Positions 49,302 through 53,459 of a stretch of 53,459 nt of DNA are shown in pieces. The first letter of the stretch is position 1. Every line of letters starts with the position of its first letter. The stretch is from the NCBI GenBank assembly GCA_035719085.1, contig DASTGK010000456.1, positions 1-53,459 of the forward strand, in the 5' to 3' direction. The notes under the pieces are model-generated. The model was not told the DNA's origin. It saw only the letters and a list, made by a program, of their open reading frames with translations, and ran no database searches. This DNA comes from Anaeromyxobacteraceae bacterium. GTDB lineage: Bacteria > Myxococcota > Myxococcia > Myxococcales > Anaeromyxobacteraceae. A program made the position numbers and the translations under genes.

Positions 49302-50539
49302 GCGGCGGCCTCGGACACCAACCGCGCGATGTCCTGCGGGCCCAGCGCCGTCCCGCCCGGCTTCGGCGACCCGATGATGCCGGACGTGAGGTTCCCGCCC
49401 CAGCCTGGTTCGCGCTCGTTGAGCGCGGCGAGCAGCCGCGCCCAGTCCACCGTCACGGCGCGGGCGTTCGGGGCGCGGGCGATGGTCACCAGGCGCCGCG
49501 CCGTCACCCAGGAGTGATGGTCGCCGCATCCGCCGAGGCCGCCGAACGTCCCCTCATCTGCCACGCCGAGGGCGCGCTCGGCGGGCTCCGCGAGCGTGTC
49601 CCCGCAGGACGCGCACCGCGCTCCGGCTGGGATGGTCACCGGCGACGTGGTGCCCGCCTGCGTCAAGGGCGAGAACGCCACCACCACCGGGGCAAACTGG
49701 TAGCCGTAGGCCATGGCCCCGCGCCCGCCCGAGAGCCCCGTCAGGGGCGAGTCCACGAGGGCAATCAGCGGCCCCGGCGCCGAGGGGTGGACCACGGCGT
49801 CCTCGACCGGGGGCCACACCGTCACGCGGGGCGCCACCGCCTCCATCTCGGCGCGGGCCACGGAGTCCAACTCCGCCACCGCCGCCGGACTGCCGCTGAT
49901 CCCCAACGCCACGCACTCGGGCGCCGTGATGTCGGAGATCTGCCCGGTGGCCAGCCAGTCCGCCACCAACTCCACGCGGCGCCGAATGGGCAGCGCCGAG
50001 CACGCGCAGATCCGCGCCAGGCCGGGGAACGTGGCCGTCACGTCCGCGAGGCGCTGCCCCGGCGCCCACTCGGGGAGACCGGCCCACGACATGCCGTCCG
50101 CCACGCTGATCGCCTCCAGCCGCGCGCGCACCTCCGCCGAGTACGGGAGCGGCCGGATGAGGTCGGCCTGGACGGCGGCGGCGGCGAGGTCATCCAGCCC
50201 CGCGTCCGCCCGGACGACGATGCGCCCCGCAGAGGGGTGAGAGCCGAGCCACATCGCCGCGACGCACGCCGCCGCCGGCCGCCCCTGCCCGTCGCGCCGG
50301 TCGATCTCCCCCGCCTCATGCGGCGCCCACGGCGTCACCGAGCCGCCGTGCTGCGGGTCGATGATGAGGTACTTCCCCGCCAGCGACGCCCGCCGCGAGG
50401 CGGACGGCTCGATGAAGCAGTCCCGGAACTGCGGGACGAAGTCCGGACCCGTGTCCACTACGACCTCCACCCGCCGCGAGTACTCCGAGGGCTCCGTGTC
50501 ACCACCGATGCGACCGACCGCCACGTACTCACCAGACAT
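49298..50539 (-). CDS. Large hypothetical early protein.
   Basis: 413 aa, with ATG at 50539. I could not assign any convincing motif. Confidence 0.6.
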   Translation of the reverse strand: MSGEYVAVGRIGGDTEPSEYSRRVEVVVDTGPDFVPQFRDCFIEPSASRRASLAGKYLIIDPQHGGSVTPWAPHEAGEIDRRDGQGRPAAACVAAMWLGSHPSAGRIVVRADAGLDDLAAAAVQADLIRPLPYSAEVRARLEAISVADGMSWAGLPEWAPGQRLADVTATFPGLARICACSALPIRRRVELVADWLATGQISDITAPECVALGISGSPAAVAELDSVARAEMEAVAPRVTVWPPVEDAVVHPSAPGPLIALVDSPLTGLSGGRGAMAYGYQFAPVVVAFSPLTQAGTTSPVTIPAGARCASCGDTLAEPAERALGVADEGTFGGLGGCGDHHSWVTARRLVTIARAPNARAVTVDWARLLAALNEREPGWGGNLTSGIIGSPKPGGTALGPQDIARLVSEAAA

Positions 50540-50579
50540 GTTGCACACCACTTTCGGGCCGGCTGGGTTGTGTACGGCC

Positions 50580-50668
50580 CTCTGACGGCCGGCGTGCGTC
50601 AGAGGAGCCGCCCCGAGTTGCGCACTCGGGGCGAAGCGCCGGAGTGGCGGGGCGAGTCACCTCGCCCC
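50580..50668 (-). promoter_or_regulatory. Three consecutive perfect 8-bp GC-rich hairpins in an intra-operon spacer.
   Basis: ctctgacg/cgtcagag (50580-50604), ccccgagt/actcgggg (50611-50631), ggggcgag/ctcgcccc (50649-50668). Confidence 0.5.
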
Positions 50669-50694
50669 CGTCCCGTCGATGCTCAGCGCAACCG

Positions 50695-50892
50695 CTACAT
50701 CGCCTCCACGCCGAGAGCCGCCAGTGCCTGGCTCGGCGTGACGCCGCCCCGGAGGTCAACCCCGCGACGAACCTGCGCGGCCAGGTAGCGGCGCGCCCGG
50801 CGCTCACCGCAGGTGCGCCAGAGGTCGTAGAGGCGGACATCCGATGCTGCGCCCCACACCATCCGAATGCAGGCATCCATGGTCGCGGCCAT
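50695..50892 (-). CDS. Hypothetical protein.
   Basis: 65 aa. ATG at 50892. Confidence 0.45.
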   Translation of the reverse strand: MAATMDACIRMVWGAASDVRLYDLWRTCGERRARRYLAAQVRRGVDLRGGVTPSQALAALGVEAM

Positions 50893-50894
50893 GC

Positions 50895-51104
50895 CTATAC
50901 CGCCTCCGAATGTCCACCACGGTAGGAGGCGATCTCGGTGCCGTGCCCGCCACCTGTGAGCCCAAATGCATCGGCGCGCACCACCTGGTAGCGGACCCTG
51001 GGGCGCCGCCGACTGCCTCGTGATGCTGCCCTCCGCGCCGCCGCCTCTGTCCGGTGCGCCGACTCGAAACCATCCTCGGCGTAGACATGGAAACTCTTGG
51101 CCAT
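50895..51104 (-). CDS. Hypothetical protein.
   Basis: 69 aa. ATG at 51104 after ggaggaggcgtagtc. Confidence 0.5.
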   Translation of the reverse strand: MAKSFHVYAEDGFESAHRTEAAARRAASRGSRRRPRVRYQVVRADAFGLTGGGHGTEIASYRGGHSEAV

Positions 51105-51106
51105 GA

Positions 51107-51265
51107 CTACGCCTCCTCCCCGCACTCGGCGCACACGGTGTCATTCACCTGGACTTCCAGGGTCGCCGCCATGTCCGGGTCGGTGACCCAGAACAGGTCT
51201 CGCTCACAGGCGACCTGGCCACACACAGCGCAGACCGCAATAAGTTCCTCCAGCACGGGCGTCAT
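51107..51265 (-). CDS. Small zinc-ribbon protein.
   Basis: CAVCGQ...CAECG. 52 aa. Confidence 0.5.
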   Translation of the reverse strand: MTPVLEELIAVCAVCGQVACERDLFWVTDPDMAATLEVQVNDTVCAECGEEA

Positions 51266-51267
51266 GG

Positions 51268-51777
51268 CTACGCCTCCACCATCGCAGCGGCGTCGGCGAT
51301 GACGCGGGCGCACCGGACTCGCGCCGACGCGTCCCCCGCGAGGGCGCGGTCGCACAGCTCGACCTGCGCGAGATCGCCCGCAGCCCCCGCCTCGGCGCGG
51401 AGCGCCTGAATCTGCTCGTCGGTGGCGGTCGTGCCATCGGGCAGGAAGCCCCACAGCTCCAGCAGCGCCGGAATAGCGGCGAGCCGCGTCGAGATGGCGG
51501 CCCGCGCCCGGTCGATCTCCTGCCGCGCCCGGATGATGCCCTCGGACACGGTCTCCGGGTACCCGTTCGCTCGCTCGGCCTGCTCCAGCGCGACGTGGGT
51601 GGCGTCCAGATTCCGGAGCCCGGCCTCCAGAGCGCGCGCCTCCGCCGCGAACACCGTCTGGCCATCGGACGAGAGCAGCGGGAACGCGGTCTCCAGCAGG
51701 AGTTCAATGGCAGCCGCAGCGCGCTCGCGAACGGTGGCGCTGGCCCACTGCTCCTGAATGGTCACGGTGGTCTTCAT
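51268..51777 (-). CDS. Hypothetical helical protein; first gene behind promoter cassette copy B.
   Basis: ATG AAG ACC start inside the 110-bp repeat. 169 aa. Confidence 0.6.
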   Translation of the reverse strand: MKTTVTIQEQWASATVRERAAAAIELLLETAFPLLSSDGQTVFAAEARALEAGLRNLDATHVALEQAERANGYPETVSEGIIRARQEIDRARAAISTRLAAIPALLELWGFLPDGTTATDEQIQALRAEAGAAGDLAQVELCDRALAGDASARVRCARVIADAAAMVEA

Positions 51778-51878
51778 GGCTTCTTCCCTCCGAGTCCCCG
51801 GCGAGCCGCCGGGGTGCCGAGGCGTCATTGCCTCGTCGATGATGTATATATAAACAGTCTGGGCCGGGGTGTCAAGCG
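51769..51878. repeat. 110-bp promoter and leader cassette, copy B (identical to 16730-16839).
   Basis: Exact match. Confidence 0.95.
51847..51875 (-). promoter_or_regulatory. Near-consensus sigma70-type promoter: TTGACA, 17 nt spacer, TATATA (copy B).
   Basis: Same sequence as 16808-16836. Confidence 0.65.
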
Positions 51879-51915
51879 CTCCGGCGACGTTTCCCCGAAG
51901 CGCCTGGAATTCTCG

Positions 51916-52164
51916 CTACCTGGGCTCGGTCGCCATGCAGTACGGACGGTCCGCGTGGCCCGGCGCGCACTCCGGCGTCGGCGGCCCGCGACGCGCCACC
52001 TCCAGCGCCCGACGCGCCTCCGTCAGCTCGCGTGTCGCCGCCTCGTATTCCGCCTGCGCGCGAGCCAGACGCTGCTCCGCGCTCGTCACGCGCTGCTGGG
52101 CCCGCGCCACCTCCGCCGGAGTACCGCTCAGCATCAGCCCCACCGCCACCATCAGCATCTTCAT
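51916..52164 (-). CDS. Small membrane-anchored or secreted coiled-coil protein.
   Basis: MKMLMVAVGLMLSG followed by a coiled coil. ATGA overlap with rusA. Confidence 0.5.
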   Translation of the reverse strand: MKMLMVAVGLMLSGTPAEVARAQQRVTSAEQRLARAQAEYEAATRELTEARRALEVARRGPPTPECAPGHADRPYCMATEPR

Positions 52165-52580
52165 GTCGTCGACCTCGGCCCGCTGGTGAGCTCCGGAGGC
52201 GGCGGGCTCGCGCCTCCCTCGATGCGGATCCGCGCGCCCCACCGGCCGCGCTCCTCGGGAGCGTAGTTCCACACCACGGCCGAGCGGTCCCCGTCGTCCA
52301 CGCCCAGCGCCTCCGCGATGCCGTCCCGGACCGCCTTGAGCGCGCTCCGGAGGTTGTCGTCGTCGAGCTCTCGCCCGCGCGGGCCGATGACCCGGGTGAG
52401 CGTCACCAGGTACGGGGGCGGCGGCGCGCCCACCCGGCGCAGAGCCATCCGCACCAACAGGGCGGCGCCGTCTCGGTGGGCCTTCACCCGCCGGCGCCGG
52501 GCACTCCAGTGCTCCCGGAGGTTCGCCGCGGAGACAAGTTGAACGGGCAGCTCCAGCTCGAGCACCTTCGCGCGCGTCAC
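52161..52580 (-). CDS. rusA: RusA-family Holliday junction resolvase.
   Basis: RGRELDDDNLRSALKAVRDGIAEALGVDDGDRS matches the RusA catalytic Asp region. GTGA overlap at the start. Confidence 0.7.
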   Translation of the reverse strand: MTRAKVLELELPVQLVSAANLREHWSARRRRVKAHRDGAALLVRMALRRVGAPPPPYLVTLTRVIGPRGRELDDDNLRSALKAVRDGIAEALGVDDGDRSAVVWNYAPEERGRWGARIRIEGGASPPPPELTSGPRSTT

Positions 52581-52786
52581 GGCGCCGGCCTCCGCAGGCA
52601 CCCCGGGCACGCCACCGCCCAGCTCGGCGCCCGCTCCCACCGTCCCATCCCGGAGCGCTCTCCGCACGCTGGCTCCGTGTCGATGAAGCGGTGTGCGTGC
52701 TGGCGGACCTTGCCCATCCGCCAGTACCAGACGCCGGAGGACTGGGAGACGATCTGGGGTGGGGGCCGGGGGTCGGGCGAGGTCAC
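52577..52786 (-). CDS. Small zinc-ribbon-like protein.
   Basis: GTGA overlaps at both ends. ACGERS...ACPGC. Confidence 0.45.
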   Translation of the reverse strand: MTSPDPRPPPQIVSQSSGVWYWRMGKVRQHAHRFIDTEPACGERSGMGRWERAPSWAVACPGCLRRPAP

Positions 52787-53459
52787 CGAGCATCTCCGGA
52801 GGCCAGCGGGAGCACGCCCTGGCGCAGCCGAGCCACGCAGGCGTCAAGGTACTCGGGGACGAGCTCGATGCCGATGAAGCGGAGCCCCAGGCGCTTCGCC
52901 GCCGCGGCCTCGGGGCCGGAGCCGAGCCACGGGGAGAGGACGAGGTTGCCCGGCTTCAGGCTGGCCTGCTGGAAGCCCCACGTCGCCAGCGCCTCCGGCT
53001 TCTGCGTGGGGTGGACGCGCGTGGCATCGCGCTCCGAGGCCTTGATCATCCCCCGCCAAAGGTGCGTGAACGCCCGGGCCGGACCGCCCAGGTTCGTCCA
53101 GGCCAGTTCGCCGTCCGCGTTGTCGTCGGGCGTGGTGCCAGCCCGCTTGTCCCACCACCACCAGCTTGAGGACGGAAGGAGTCGATGCGCGTAGTGGTTG
53201 GCTCCCCACAGCACCGCGCGCGGGAACGCCAGCCAGGGGCCCGGATCGAACGCTTCCCCGTCCCCCGCCACCGGCGCAAAGTCCAGCGCGGCGGTGGCGT
53301 TGCTCCGGCCGGCGCTCGCTCGGCGCGTTCGCTCGCTCACCCCATAGGGCGGATCTCCCCAGAGCAGCGCCACGTCGCCGGTAAGGACGCCGAGCGCGGA
53401 CAGCACCTCCCGGTTGTCCCCGAGGTACAGGTCAATCCCCGGCTCCGAGTAGTAGGGCT
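52783..53459 (-). CDS. DNA methyltransferase (N6_N4 type, DPPY first). The 5' end runs over the window junction to 142.
   Basis: LLWGDPPYG (motif IV), HPTQKPEAL, VLSPWLGSGPEAAAAKRLGLRFIGIEL (AdoMet motif). Confidence 0.85.
   Translation of the reverse strand, partial: PYYSEPGIDLYLGDNREVLSALGVLTGDVALLWGDPPYGVSERTRRASAGRSNATAALDFAPVAGDGEAFDPGPWLAFPRAVLWGANHYAHRLLPSSSWWWWDKRAGTTPDDNADGELAWTNLGGPARAFTHLWRGMIKASERDATRVHPTQKPEALATWGFQQASLKPGNLVLSPWLGSGPEAAAAKRLGLRFIGIELVPEYLDACVARLRQGVLPLASGDAR
53321..53459. repeat. Terminal direct repeat, second copy (identical to 1-139).
   Basis: Identical string. Confidence 0.95.

Noticed and set aside
49298-50539. DHH-family phosphoesterase or RecJ-like call, based on GGCGDHHSW.
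   Set aside because: A single DHH tripeptide lies near the C-terminus, without the upstream DxD/D motifs in the expected order. This is insufficient, so the ORF is called hypothetical.

Overview
The window looks like a complete genome of a very GC-rich tailed phage (by eye about 68-70 % GC). Bases 1-139 are identical to 53321-53459, so the sequence closes on itself with a unique length of 53320 bp, and a DNA methyltransferase gene spans the junction.

Layout:
- 1.0-15.5 kb (+): early and DNA-metabolism genes. These include an XRE-type HTH, two proteins with the zinc anti-sigma HxxxCxxC motif, a D12-class Dam methylase, a Gp37/Gp68 (DUF5131) protein, an HNH nuclease, MazG, and a second N6-adenine methylase.
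- 15.5-16.7 kb (-): a three-gene leftward island driven by a near-consensus promoter.
- 16.9-37.0 kb (+): GroES, TerS, TerL, portal, scaffold, major capsid, decoration and tail or internal-virion proteins in a podovirus-like order.
- 37.1-42.5 kb: an accessory region with lipoproteins, a reverse-oriented tail fibre, four secreted Cys-rich proteins and small membrane proteins.
- 42.5-43.7 kb (-): a short operon led by a ribbon-helix-helix (RHH) protein.
- 43.8-48.1 kb (+): a recombination operon with a Cas4/RecB-like nuclease.
- 48.2-53.4 kb and on to 0.9 kb (-): two leftward operons that include RusA and the third methylase.

I could not recognise an integrase, replicative polymerase, helicase, primase, endolysin, tRNA or CRISPR array.

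Most notable observations:
1. A 564-bp lower-GC insertion carries an HNH homing endonuclease in the +1 frame of a conserved phage gene, while the host frame stays stop-free.
2. A dispersed 27-bp palindrome occurs intergenically and in-frame inside ORFs.
3. An exact 110-bp promoter and leader cassette heads two leftward operons.
4. A 16-nt motif, GGACGATTTCCATCAC, lies in front of groES and secreted-protein genes.
5. A 104-bp hexamer repeat is readable as a TAG-readthrough (PX)n tail or as an antisense (GX)n peptide.
6. A G10 tract requires a frameshift.

All function calls come from motif recognition by eye. No database search was run.
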